A stretch of DNA of 64,000 bases from an uncultured Chloroflexia bacterium (GCA_963728205.1 CAVSIV010000001.1:928001-992000), one strand, 5' to 3'. Shown: positions 49,268-58,226, numbered from the stretch's first letter. Notes: generated by a model not told the origin, from the letters alone. Numbers and translations are program-made.

Positions 49268-49283
49268 GTTACACGGGGCTTAC
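49268..49283 (-). promoter_or_regulatory. Putative OmpR-type direct-repeat box
   Basis: Minus strand GTAAG-N6-GTAAC, 11-bp period, upstream of the regulator. Confidence 0.6.
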
Positions 49284-49296
49284 GGCAAGGGTTGCT

Positions 49297-49372
49297 TCGA
49301 GCCCGGAGCGGCAGCGACGGGATCGGGCCTGATGACCAGGAGCCGATCCCGTCGCTGCCGCTCCGGGCTCGA
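49297..49372. repeat. Family A' long hairpin element
   Basis: 30-bp perfect arms TCGAGCCCGGAGCGGCAGCGACGGGATCGG. Confidence 0.9.
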
Positions 49373-49381
49373 GCCGTCTTC

Positions 49382-50437
49382 CTACACCGGGTCGCGCAGC
49401 TCGGCGTGCGCGAACTCGCGCATGCCGTCTTCGAACGCCACCTCCGCGCGGAAGCCGAGCACGGCGGCGGCGCGGGCGGGCGAGGCGAACACGTGGCGCA
49501 CGTCGCCCAGGCGGTAGCCGCCCACGACCTCGGGCGCCGGCGCGCCCGCGCCGAAGGCACGCGCGAGCGCCGCGGCCATCTCGCCGACGGTGTGGGGCGT
49601 GCCGCTCGCGACGTTGAACGCGCCCGGCGCGGGCTCGGGCGCGGTGAGCGCGAGCACGTTCGCGCGGGCGACGTCGGCGACGTGGACGAAGTCGCGGCGC
49701 TGCCGGCCGTCCTCGAACACGCGCGGCGCGCGGCCGGCGGCGAGCGCGCTGCGGAAGATGCTCGCGACGCCCGCGTACGGCGTGTCGCGCGGCATGCGCG
49801 GCCCGTAGACGTTGTGGTAGCGCAGCGCGGTCACCGGCACGTCGTGCTCGCGGCCGAACGCGTGGCAGAGGTGCTCCTGGTGCAGCTTCGTCGCGGCGTA
49901 GACGTTGCGCGGGTCGGGCGGGGCGTCCTCGGCGATCGCGATCGCCTCGAGCGGCGCGCCGCACGTCGGGCAGGGCGGCTCGAAGCGGCCGGCGTCGAGG
50001 TCGGCGGCGGCCCGCGGCGGCGGCCGCACCGCGCCGTGCGCCGGGCAGCGATAGCCGCCCTCGCCGTACACGACCATGCTGCTCGCGAGCACGAGTCGGC
50101 CCGCGAACCCGGCCCGGTGCATCGCCCACAGGCCGGCGGCGGTCCCGACGTCGTTCGACGCGACATAATCGCGCACGTCGCCGAAGTCCACGCCGAGGCC
50201 GACCTTCGCCGCCTGGTGGCAGACGGCGTCGACGCCGGGGAGGGCGCGCACCCAGGCGTCGGGGTCCTCGACGCGCTCCCACGTGTACCGCGCGCCGGGG
50301 TTGAGGTAGCCGGGGCGTGCGCCGTGCGCGGCGGGGTCGAGCGCGTCCACGACGAGCACGTCGTGCCCGGCGTCGACCAGCTGATCGACGACGTGGCTGC
50401 CGATGAAGCCGGCGCCGCCGGTGACCAGGATCCGCAT
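49382..50437 (-). CDS. NAD-dependent epimerase/dehydratase
   Basis: VTGGAGFIGSH, ASSMVVYG, YAATK, RYHNVYGP. Confidence 0.93.
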   Translation of the reverse strand: MRILVTGGAGFIGSHVVDQLVDAGHDVLVVDALDPAAHGARPGYLNPGARYTWERVEDPDAWVRALPGVDAVCHQAAKVGLGVDFGDVRDYVASNDVGTAAGLWAMHRAGFAGRLVLASSMVVYGEGGYRCPAHGAVRPPPRAAADLDAGRFEPPCPTCGAPLEAIAIAEDAPPDPRNVYAATKLHQEHLCHAFGREHDVPVTALRYHNVYGPRMPRDTPYAGVASIFRSALAAGRAPRVFEDGRQRRDFVHVADVARANVLALTAPEPAPGAFNVASGTPHTVGEMAAALARAFGAGAPAPEVVGGYRLGDVRHVFASPARAAAVLGFRAEVAFEDGMREFAHAELRDPV

Positions 50438-50470
50438 CGCGCACCTCCCATGACCGCTTCGTCGTCGACG

Positions 50471-50508
50471 GTAAGGATTGCGTAAGACTCGATCCGTACG
50501 TTCCTTAC
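50471..50508. promoter_or_regulatory. Putative OmpR-type boxes in a divergent promoter
   Basis: GTAAG-N6-GTAAG at 50471-50486 plus inverted CTTAC at 50504. Confidence 0.6.
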
Positions 50509-52662
50509 GTGCCCACCGACGCGATCACATCACGCTCCATGCACGGCAGCCGGATCGAGCCCGGAGCGGAAGCGACGGGATCATCTCCGGGCCGGTTCGC
50601 GCGCCGATCCCGTCGCTCCCGTTCCGGGCTCGATCCGGCTGCCGCGGAGAACGTCGTCGAGGCGTATGCCGAGCGCTTCGCCGCCGGGATGCTCGACCTC
50701 TCGTGTCCCAGCCCGCCGCCCTCGCTCGTGATCGACGCCGCGGCACTGGCGCGGGCCGATCTCGGCTACGCGCCGCCCGGCGGCACCGACGCGCTGCGCG
50801 CGCGGATCGCCGCGCGCTACCGCTCGCTCGGCGCCGAGGACGTGCTCGTGACGAACGGCGCGTCCGAGGCGCTGGCGGCGCTCGCGCTCGTGCTCGGCGG
50901 GGCCGGGCGGCGCGTGGCGGTGCACGCCGGCGCGTTCCCGTCGTTCGCCGAGACGGCGCGGGCGACCGGAACGGAACTGGTGGACGCGGGCGATGCGGGC
51001 GAGGCGAGCGACGCGGCCGTGAGGTGCGACGCCGTGCTCCTCACGAACCCCGTCGTGCCGTCCGGCCGGCGGGTCGACGTCGCGCGCGTCGTGCGCGAGG
51101 CGCTCGCGGCCGGCGCGGTGCCCGTCGTCGACGAGGTGTATCGCGAGCTCGCGCTGGACGGCCGGCCTGCGCCGGCCGCGGCCGACCTCGACGCGCGCGC
51201 GGTCAGCGTGGGCGACCTATCGAAGCCGCTCGGGCTGGGCGGCCTGCGCATCGGCTGGGTCGCGACGCGCGACGCCGGGCTGCGCGCGGGCGTCGCGCGC
51301 TGGCTGCGCCTGCTCGGCGCCGGGCCGTCGGTGCTGTCGCAGGAGGGCGCGCTCGCCGCGTTCGACGGCTTCGACGCGTACGTTGACGACCAGGTGGGGC
51401 GCGCGGCGGCCGCGGCGCCGGCGGTCTATCGCGAGCTCGATCGCGCCGGCTGGCGCTTCGCGCCGGCCGAGGCCGGTCTCACGGTGCTCGCGGCGCCGCC
51501 CGCGCCGATCGACGACGACGCGCTCGACGCGCTTCGTCGCGAGGGCCGCTTCCTGCTGCGTGCCGATTCGTTCGGCGCGCCCGGGGCGTTCCGCGTCGCG
51601 CTGCTCGCCGACCCGCGCGAGCTCCGCCACGCGCTGGCGCGGCTGCGCGAGCTCGCCGCCGGGCCGGCGGCGCGCCGGCGGGGCGGCGCGACGAGGACCG
51701 CTGGGGGCGCGATCGACGGTGAGGTCGCACCAGCAGCACCGGGCGACGGGACGCGGGGCGACGCCGGCGCCGACCCCGTCGCAGTCGACCGCCACCCGGC
51801 GGACGGCGACGCAGGGAACGGCGCCGCGGCCGGCGACGCACTGATTGGCGATGCGGCGAACCGCGACGCGACCCCCGGCCCGGCCGCGCGGGAGGGCGCA
51901 CCGGACATCGCCGCAACGGAAGGCGCCGCCGCGACCTCGGCCGCCGACGCGCTCGTCGTGCTGATGCGCGCGCCGCGGCCCGGCTTCGGCAAGACGCGCC
52001 TCGCGGCCGGCGTCGGCGTCGATGCCGCCGGGCGGCTCGCCCGTGCGTTCGTCGCGGACACGCTCGCGCTCGCGACGGCGGGGCCGTGGCGGCCGCTCGT
52101 CGCGTTCACGCCGCCGGAGGCCGCGGCCGAGGTCGCCGCGCTGGCCCCCGGCGCGACGCTCGCGCCGCAGGTGGACGGCGACCTCGGCGCGCGCATCCGC
52201 GGGGCGCTCGACGCGGCGCTCCGCGCCGCACACGACGGCCCCGCGGTGCTGATCGGCTCCGACACGCCCGACCTCGACCCCGCGCTCGTCGCGCGCGCGT
52301 TCACCGCGCTGCGCGGCGGCGCGGACATCGTGCTCGGCCCCGCCGACGACGGCGGCTTCTATCTCGCGGGGGTGCGTCGCACGCACCCGCGCATGTTCGA
52401 CGGCGTCGAGTGGAGCACCAGGCGCGTCTTCGACCAGGCTCTCGCGGCCGCCGCGCGGCTCGGGTGGTCGCTCGCGGTGCTGCCGCCGTGGGGCGACGTC
52501 GACGACGCGACGTCGCTCGCCGCGCTCGCCGCGCGGCTCGCGGCGTCGTCGCGGGCGCCGGCGACGCGTGACGTGCTCGCCGCGCTGGCGCCGCGGCGCG
52601 GGGCGGCGGCGCGTCCGGACGTGCGCGCTCGCGCCGCGACCGGGCGGAGCGGCCGGCGATGA
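50509..52662 (+). CDS. Class I/II PLP aminotransferase fused to a DUF2064 (CofC/GT-A-like) domain; start uncertain
   Basis: VTNGASEA, TNP..PSG, DEVY, LSKPLGL.GLRIGW; then P.PGFGKTRL, Q..GDLG.R, IGSDTP, LGPADDGGFYL, DVD. Confidence 0.8.
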   Translation: MPTDAITSRSMHGSRIEPGAEATGSSPGRFARRSRRSRSGLDPAAAENVVEAYAERFAAGMLDLSCPSPPPSLVIDAAALARADLGYAPPGGTDALRARIAARYRSLGAEDVLVTNGASEALAALALVLGGAGRRVAVHAGAFPSFAETARATGTELVDAGDAGEASDAAVRCDAVLLTNPVVPSGRRVDVARVVREALAAGAVPVVDEVYRELALDGRPAPAAADLDARAVSVGDLSKPLGLGGLRIGWVATRDAGLRAGVARWLRLLGAGPSVLSQEGALAAFDGFDAYVDDQVGRAAAAAPAVYRELDRAGWRFAPAEAGLTVLAAPPAPIDDDALDALRREGRFLLRADSFGAPGAFRVALLADPRELRHALARLRELAAGPAARRRGGATRTAGGAIDGEVAPAAPGDGTRGDAGADPVAVDRHPADGDAGNGAAAGDALIGDAANRDATPGPAAREGAPDIAATEGAAATSAADALVVLMRAPRPGFGKTRLAAGVGVDAAGRLARAFVADTLALATAGPWRPLVAFTPPEAAAEVAALAPGATLAPQVDGDLGARIRGALDAALRAAHDGPAVLIGSDTPDLDPALVARAFTALRGGADIVLGPADDGGFYLAGVRRTHPRMFDGVEWSTRRVFDQALAAAARLGWSLAVLPPWGDVDDATSLAALAARLAASSRAPATRDVLAALAPRRGAAARPDVRARAATGRSGRR
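50544..50644. repeat. Family A' long hairpin element
   Basis: TCGAGCCCGGAGCGGAAGCGACGGGATC...GATCCCGTCGCTCCCGTTCCGGGCTCGA; close sister of the 49297 copy. Confidence 0.88.
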
Positions 52663-53933
52663 GCGGCGAGTCGCACGCGGTCCCGCCGTTCTCGAGCACG
52701 CGGCTAACGGCGCATCTCGGGCTGATCCTGTCGGTGATGCTCGCGCTGCTCTTCCTCAGCGGCGCGTTCTTCTTCCTCTACACGTTCAACTTCGACGCGC
52801 CGCCCTGGTTCACCGGCGTGCGCTTCCTCCACTTCTACGTGGGGATCGCGTCGGTGCCGATCCTGATCGCGAAGTACGGCAGCACCGGCTTCCGCTTCGC
52901 CGGCTACTACCTGCGCGTGCCGCGTTTCAGGCGCGCGGGGCCGCCGCCGCTGATCCCGCGCGTGCTCGCGCCGCTGCTGCTCTCCGACTTCTTCGCGCTT
53001 TACTTCAGCGGCGGCTACATGCTGTTCCACTACTACTACACGGTCACGAACATCGGCCCCTTCGAGGGCAAGCCGGTGCAGGTCCACCTGTGGGCGGCGA
53101 TGCTCGGCGTTCCGCTCGTGACGATTCACCTTCTGTGGCACTTCGTCGCCGCCGTGCGCACGCTGCCGCGCCGCCGCCCGGCCGCGGGTGCGACGGGCGC
53201 GACCGGCGCCTCCCCCGCGCTCGCCGCCGACGCCGAGGGCGCGCGCGCGGCGTACACGCGCCGCGCGTTCCTGCTGGGCGTCGGCGGCATCGGGGCCGCG
53301 CTGGCGGTCGCGTTCCAGAACACGCGGCTGCGCAGCGTCGAGTTCGCGCACCTCTTCATCGGGCGCATCCCGCCGGAGGAGCGCGGCGGGCCGGGCGACT
53401 TCCCCGTCGAGGTGCTGTTCGGCAAGGCGCACGTCGACGACGTCGCGGCGTACCGACTGGCCGTCGAGGGCGAGGTCGACGCGCCGTTGAGCCTGTCGTA
53501 CGACGACCTGCTCGCGCTGCCGGCGCACGAGTCGCGCATCCGGCTCAGCTGTGTGAGCGGCTGGACCGAGCACGCGGTGTGGCGCGGGCCGCGCGTGCGC
53601 GACGTGCTCGCGCTGGCGCGGGAGCGGCGCGCGGTCGCGCACTCGGTCGCCTTCCACAGCCTGAGCGGCTACGGCTTCACGTGGCACCGCGAGCGGCTCG
53701 ACGTCGACGACGCGCTGCTGGCGACGCACGTGAACGGCGCGCCGCTGAGCGAGAACCACGGCTTCCCGGCGCGGCTGATCGTGCCCGGCTATCCGGGCCA
53801 GAATATGGTGAAGCAGATCGACCGCATCTTCGTGCGCGGCGACGGCGAGCCGTTCCACCCGGACCTGCGGCTGATCGCGGACGTGCAGGGCGGCGACAGG
53901 GATAGCCCATGCGCCGTCTCGGCGACCGTCTAG
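52659..53933 (+). CDS. Membrane-bound sulfite-oxidase-family molybdopterin oxidoreductase
   Basis: His-bearing TM helices, internal TRRAFL, SCVSGW, HGFPARLIVPG.PG...VK. Confidence 0.88.
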   Translation: MSGESHAVPPFSSTRLTAHLGLILSVMLALLFLSGAFFFLYTFNFDAPPWFTGVRFLHFYVGIASVPILIAKYGSTGFRFAGYYLRVPRFRRAGPPPLIPRVLAPLLLSDFFALYFSGGYMLFHYYYTVTNIGPFEGKPVQVHLWAAMLGVPLVTIHLLWHFVAAVRTLPRRRPAAGATGATGASPALAADAEGARAAYTRRAFLLGVGGIGAALAVAFQNTRLRSVEFAHLFIGRIPPEERGGPGDFPVEVLFGKAHVDDVAAYRLAVEGEVDAPLSLSYDDLLALPAHESRIRLSCVSGWTEHAVWRGPRVRDVLALARERRAVAHSVAFHSLSGYGFTWHRERLDVDDALLATHVNGAPLSENHGFPARLIVPGYPGQNMVKQIDRIFVRGDGEPFHPDLRLIADVQGGDRDSPCAVSATV

Positions 53934-53935
53934 CG

Positions 53936-55399
53936 ATGGCGGCCGTCTCCGTCCGGCACGCTCGCCTCGCGCTCGCACGCGCCGCCATCTCCGAGCGCGC
54001 CGCGGCGGCAGGCGTGGTGGCGCTCACGACCGCGGCGAGCATCGGGTACTGGTGGTTCGTCGCGCTGGTGCGCTGGCAGCGCTTCACGACGAACGCGTTC
54101 GACCTCGGTTTCTTCGACCAGGTCGTGTGGAACACCGCGCACGGGCGGCTCTTCGCGACGACCTTCGTGCCGTACAACTTCGTCGGCGAGCACCTCGAGC
54201 CCGTGCTGCTCGCCTTCGCGGTGCCGTACCGGCTCGGCGTCGGCGGGCCGACGTTCCTCCTCGGGGCGCAGGCGGTGCTGGCCGCGGCGGCGGCCGTGCC
54301 GCTGTTCGCCGCCGCGCGGCGGTTCGGGCTGCGGCCGTGGCTCGCGGCCGCGGTGGCGGTGGCGTACCTCGCAAACCCGTACCTGCATCGCGCGCTGGAG
54401 TTCGACTTCCACCCGGAGACGGCGATCGCGCTGCCGTGCTTCCTCGGGCTGTGCGCGGCCGCCGCGGGGCGGCTGCGCTGGGCGGCGGTCGCGGCGCTCT
54501 CGCTGCTGCTGTTCAAGGAGGACGCGGTGTTCGTCGCGCTCGTGCTGGCGGGCGTGATCTGGTCGCGCGGCGGGCGGCGCGAGGCGGTGGTCGTCGGGGC
54601 GGTGGGGCTCGCGTACACGGCGATCGGCGTGGGGTGGCTGATGCCGCACATGCGGGCCGGGATCCCGAGCGACCTCGCCGAGCGCTACGGCGCGGTGACC
54701 GGCGGGCACGACGGCCTGCGCGCGCTGGCGTGGGCGGCGATGCACCCGTGGGTGCCGGTGGAGCACTTCGTCGCGCACGCCGGATCGGCGGCAGCGTTCG
54801 TGGCGGCGAGCGCGCCGGCGGCGGTGCTGGCGCCGTGGACGCTCGTGGGCATGCTGCCCGGGCTGGCGGTTGCGCTGTTGTCGTCGCACGGGCCGCAGCG
54901 CGGGCTCGAGTACCAGTACGGCGTGGAGCTCGTGCCGGTCGCCCTGCTGGGAGCGCTGCTCGGCGCGCGCGTCGTGGCGCGACGGCTGGGCGACGGCGCG
55001 GCGGCCGCCGCGCTGCTCGTGCCGGTGGCCGCGGGGTTCCTGCTGCTCAGCCCGGCGTCGCCGCTGACGCCGGGGCTCGGCGCGGCGCCGTCGGCGGCGC
55101 ACCGGCAGGCGGTGCGCGACGCGCTGGCGGTCGTGCCGGCCGGCGTGCCGGTCGCCGCGCAGTCCGGGCTCGTGCCGCGCCTCTCGCAGCGGCGGGTGAT
55201 TCGGGAGTTCCCGGGTCACTGGCGGGAGACGGACTACGTGGTGGTCGACCAGTACGGCACGCGCAGCAGCCAGTCGCTCGCCGCCGGTTTCGACGCCGCG
55301 CTCGCCGAGGTGCGGCTGGCGTACGACCGCGTGTACGCGCACGACGGGGTGGAGGTGTTCCGGCGGCCCGGGGCGCGAGACGGGGGAGGCGCGCCGTGA
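53936..55399 (+). CDS. DUF2079 membrane protein (GT-C-like)
   Basis: FDLGFFDQ..WN..HG, HLEP, FDFHPE, KED. Confidence 0.85.
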   Translation: MAAVSVRHARLALARAAISERAAAAGVVALTTAASIGYWWFVALVRWQRFTTNAFDLGFFDQVVWNTAHGRLFATTFVPYNFVGEHLEPVLLAFAVPYRLGVGGPTFLLGAQAVLAAAAAVPLFAAARRFGLRPWLAAAVAVAYLANPYLHRALEFDFHPETAIALPCFLGLCAAAAGRLRWAAVAALSLLLFKEDAVFVALVLAGVIWSRGGRREAVVVGAVGLAYTAIGVGWLMPHMRAGIPSDLAERYGAVTGGHDGLRALAWAAMHPWVPVEHFVAHAGSAAAFVAASAPAAVLAPWTLVGMLPGLAVALLSSHGPQRGLEYQYGVELVPVALLGALLGARVVARRLGDGAAAAALLVPVAAGFLLLSPASPLTPGLGAAPSAAHRQAVRDALAVVPAGVPVAAQSGLVPRLSQRRVIREFPGHWRETDYVVVDQYGTRSSQSLAAGFDAALAEVRLAYDRVYAHDGVEVFRRPGARDGGGAP

Positions 55400-56307
55400 C
55401 GCGGGCGGTGCTGATCATCCCGGCGCTCGACGAGGAGGAGACCATCGGCCCGGTGGTCGCGGAGGCGCGCGCGGTCTTCGACGGCGAGGTGATCGTGGTC
55501 GACAACGGCAGCGTCGACGCGACGGCGCAGGTGGCGGCCGGAGCCGGGGCGCGGGTCGTGTTGCAGCCGGCGCGCGGGTACGGGCGTGCGTGCATCGCGG
55601 GCGCCGCCGCCGCGCCGGCCGACGTCGATGTGCTCGTGTTCATGGACGGCGACGGCAGCGACCGGCCGGGGGACATCCCGCGGCTGCTCGCCGCGATTGC
55701 CGACGGGGCGGACCTGGCGATTGGCGTGCGCCGTGGCGAGGGCGTGGAGCGCGGGGCGATCGCGCCGGCGGCGCGGTTCGGCAACTGGCTGGCGGGCGTG
55801 CTGATCGGGGTGCTGTTCGGCCGGCGGCTGCACGACCTCGCGCCGCTGAAGGCGATCCGCGCGTCGGCGCTGCGACGGCTGCCGCAGCGCGAGGAGACCT
55901 ACGGCTGGACGGTGGAGATGCTCGCGTGCGCGGTCGTCGAGCGGATGCGCGTGGACGAGGTGGAGGTCGGCTACCGGCACCGGGCGGGGGGCGTGTCGAA
56001 GGTGAGCGGGCAGGTGCGGGCGTCGCTGCGCGCGGGCGCGCGCATCCTGGCGGCGCTGGGGCGGGTGGCGCGCGGCGGGCTGGGGGCCGCGCGGGCGGGG
56101 GCCGCGGTGGGTGCGGTGGTCGCGCTCGCGGTGCTGGGGGTGTGCGCGGCGTGGCTGGCGGTGCAGCCGGGGTCGGGTGTGCGCGCGCAGATCGCGCTGT
56201 GGCTCGCGGCGTGGCCGGTGGTGCTGGCGGGGGTCGCAGGCGGCTGGGCCGCGGGGCGTGTCGTGGGGGCGGTCGGGCGGCGCCGCCAGGTCCCGCCCGG
56301 CGCGTGA
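55396..56307 (+). CDS. Glycosyltransferase family 2 (polyprenol-P sugar synthase-like) with C-terminal TMs
   Basis: IIPALDEE, VVDNGS.D, GYGRA, FMDGDGS, YGWTVEM. Confidence 0.9.
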   Translation: MTRAVLIIPALDEEETIGPVVAEARAVFDGEVIVVDNGSVDATAQVAAGAGARVVLQPARGYGRACIAGAAAAPADVDVLVFMDGDGSDRPGDIPRLLAAIADGADLAIGVRRGEGVERGAIAPAARFGNWLAGVLIGVLFGRRLHDLAPLKAIRASALRRLPQREETYGWTVEMLACAVVERMRVDEVEVGYRHRAGGVSKVSGQVRASLRAGARILAALGRVARGGLGAARAGAAVGAVVALAVLGVCAAWLAVQPGSGVRAQIALWLAAWPVVLAGVAGGWAAGRVVGAVGRRRQVPPGA

Positions 56308-56387
56308 CGTTTTCCTCTGCGAGCGCGATCGGCGGCGCGGCACGCTCGCGAGCGGCGGACGGTCGTTCGCCGCGACGGAGGTGTGGC

Positions 56388-57029
56388 ATGGAGCTGGATC
56401 CCGCGTTTGCCGCGGTTCTCACCGGAGTCGATCTCGACGCGCTCGATCGCGACCCGGGCACGATCTTCGGGATCTGGGCCGATGGCCGGCTATCGCTGAC
56501 GAACGCCGCCTGGGAGCGGTTTGCCGCCGACAACGGTGCGCCGTCGTTGCCGCGACGCTGGCCGATCGGCGCGAACGTCTTCGACGCGATCCCCGGGGTG
56601 CTGCTCCCGTACTACCGGGCGGCGTGGGAGGCAGCGCTCCGCGATGCGCGGCCGTGGAGCCACCGCTACGAGTGCTCGTCGCCGTCGCGCTTCCGGGATC
56701 TGCACATGGTCGCGCACCCGGTCGGCGACGCCGGGCTGCTCGTCACGAACGCCCTGGTCGTCGAGCGGCCGCACGACCCGGCCGGGCGGCCCGCCGTGCC
56801 GCCGCTCCCGTCTGAGCATCGGACGGCGCGCGGCGGGGTGGTCCAGTGCGCCGAGTGCCGGCGCGTCCGGGCGGGCGACGCGATGTGGCGCTGGGACTGG
56901 GTGCCGGCCTGGGTGGCCGAGCCGCCGGCCGGCACGCGATCCGGGCTGTGCGAGATCTGCTTCGACCAGTACTACGGATCCGCGAAGGGGGAGGTCCGGC
57001 TTGCGCGGGAGCCGGCGCAGCGCGAGTGA
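56388..57029 (+). CDS. PAS-like domain protein with C-terminal CxxC...CxxC motif
   Basis: N.AW.RFA.DNG, YECSSP, CAECRRVR..W..SGLCEIC. Confidence 0.7.
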   Translation: MELDPAFAAVLTGVDLDALDRDPGTIFGIWADGRLSLTNAAWERFAADNGAPSLPRRWPIGANVFDAIPGVLLPYYRAAWEAALRDARPWSHRYECSSPSRFRDLHMVAHPVGDAGLLVTNALVVERPHDPAGRPAVPPLPSEHRTARGGVVQCAECRRVRAGDAMWRWDWVPAWVAEPPAGTRSGLCEICFDQYYGSAKGEVRLAREPAQRE

Positions 57030-57046
57030 GCGGGAGGGAGCGGGAC

Positions 57047-57120
<74 letters not shown>

Positions 57121-57145
57121 CGGGTGCGGCGCCGGGCGAGGGGGA

Positions 57146-57220
57146 TGGAGCGGAAGACGAGGGTCGAACTCGCGACCTCCTCCTTGGCAAGGAGGCGCTC
57201 TACCACTGAGCTACTTCCGC
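57146..57220 (-). tRNA. tRNA-Gly (GCC)
   Basis: GCGGAAG..TTGCCAA..GTTCGACC..CCA. Confidence 0.96.
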
Positions 57221-57254
57221 GTCGCAACCATCCATCCGGCGTCCCAGAGGTGAG

Positions 57255-57341
57255 TGGTGCCCAGGATGAGATTTGAACTCATACGCCCTTTCGGGCACTG
57301 CCCCCTCAAGACAGCGTGTCTGCCGATTCCACCACCTGGGC
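57255..57341 (-). tRNA. tRNA-Leu (GAG)
   Basis: GCCCAGG..TTGAGGG..variable arm..GTTCAAATC..CCA. Confidence 0.95.
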
Positions 57342-57355
57342 CCCGAGTGACCGCC

Positions 57356-57432
57356 TGGCAGGAGTGGAGGGATTCGAACCCCCGGCCTGCGGTTTTGGAG
57401 ACCGCTGCTCTAACCAGCTGAGCTACACTCCT
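57356..57432 (-). tRNA. tRNA-Trp (CCA)
   Basis: AGGAGTG..CTCCAAA..GTTCGAATC..CCA. Confidence 0.96.
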
Positions 57433-57445
57433 ACAGCGGTCGCTC

Positions 57446-57454
57446 AGTTTAGCA
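57446..57454 (-). promoter_or_regulatory. Extended -10 of the tRNA operon
   Basis: TGCTAAACT 13 nt upstream of tRNA-Trp. Confidence 0.55.
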
Positions 57455-57497
57455 ACGAGTCCGGTCTTCGGAAAACCCGCGGTGCCCGGCACGCGGG

Positions 57498-58226
57498 TTA
57501 TTTCGTCTGTGCTGACAGCGCTTCGTGGATGCGCGGCGGGAAGTTGCCGCAGATTCCGTCCACGCCGGCCGCGATCACGCGCCCGATGTCGTCCGGCTCG
57601 TCGACCGTCCACGAGAACACGCGCAGGGCGCGGGCGTGCGCGCCCTCCACGAGCGCTGGCTCGATCAGCGAGTGGTGCAGGCTGACGGCGGCCAGTCCCT
57701 CGCTCTCCGCAAACTCGACGGCCGACGCGTAGCCGTGCTGCTCCGCGGACCCGGGGCCGCTGTTGAGCGCGACCGGGACGGTGGGGAGCGCGCGACGGTG
57801 CGCGACGGCGACCGCGGGGTCGAACGCCCAGATCCAGCACCACGACTCCGCGCCGGCGTCGCGCACGGCGCGGGCGACGGCGTCTTCGATGTCCGACGCC
57901 TTCACCTCGATGGCGAGCAGGCACCGGCCGGCGATGTGCGCGAGCACCTCGGGGAGCGTGGGGACGGGCTCCGGCGTGGGGTGGTCGTGGATGGGCTGCA
58001 CGCGCACGGCGCGGAGCTCGTCGAGGGTGACATCGGCGACGGCGCGCGGGTCGCCGGTGGTGCGTCGGAGCGAGGCGTCGTGCAGCAGCACGACGTGGCC
58101 GTCGCGCGTCGCGCGGACGTCGATCTCCACGCCGTCGACGCCATCGCGCCGGGCGGCGTCGATACCGGTGAGGGTGTTCTCGGGCATCGTGCCCATGTTC
58201 GTGCGGTGGGAGATGACGAGGGTCAC
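57498..58226 (-). CDS. Glycerophosphodiester phosphodiesterase
   Basis: ISHR...PENT, VEIDV..TRDG..LLHD, IEVK, WTVD, GVDGI. Confidence 0.92.
   Translation of the reverse strand: MTLVISHRTNMGTMPENTLTGIDAARRDGVDGVEIDVRATRDGHVVLLHDASLRRTTGDPRAVADVTLDELRAVRVQPIHDHPTPEPVPTLPEVLAHIAGRCLLAIEVKASDIEDAVARAVRDAGAESWCWIWAFDPAVAVAHRRALPTVPVALNSGPGSAEQHGYASAVEFAESEGLAAVSLHHSLIEPALVEGAHARALRVFSWTVDEPDDIGRVIAAGVDGICGNFPPRIHEALSAQTK

Noticed and set aside
463-50644. Repeats as a CRISPR array or classical integron
   Set aside because: Copies are dispersed, not regularly spaced with unique spacers; no cas or intI gene; flanked genes lie in both orientations
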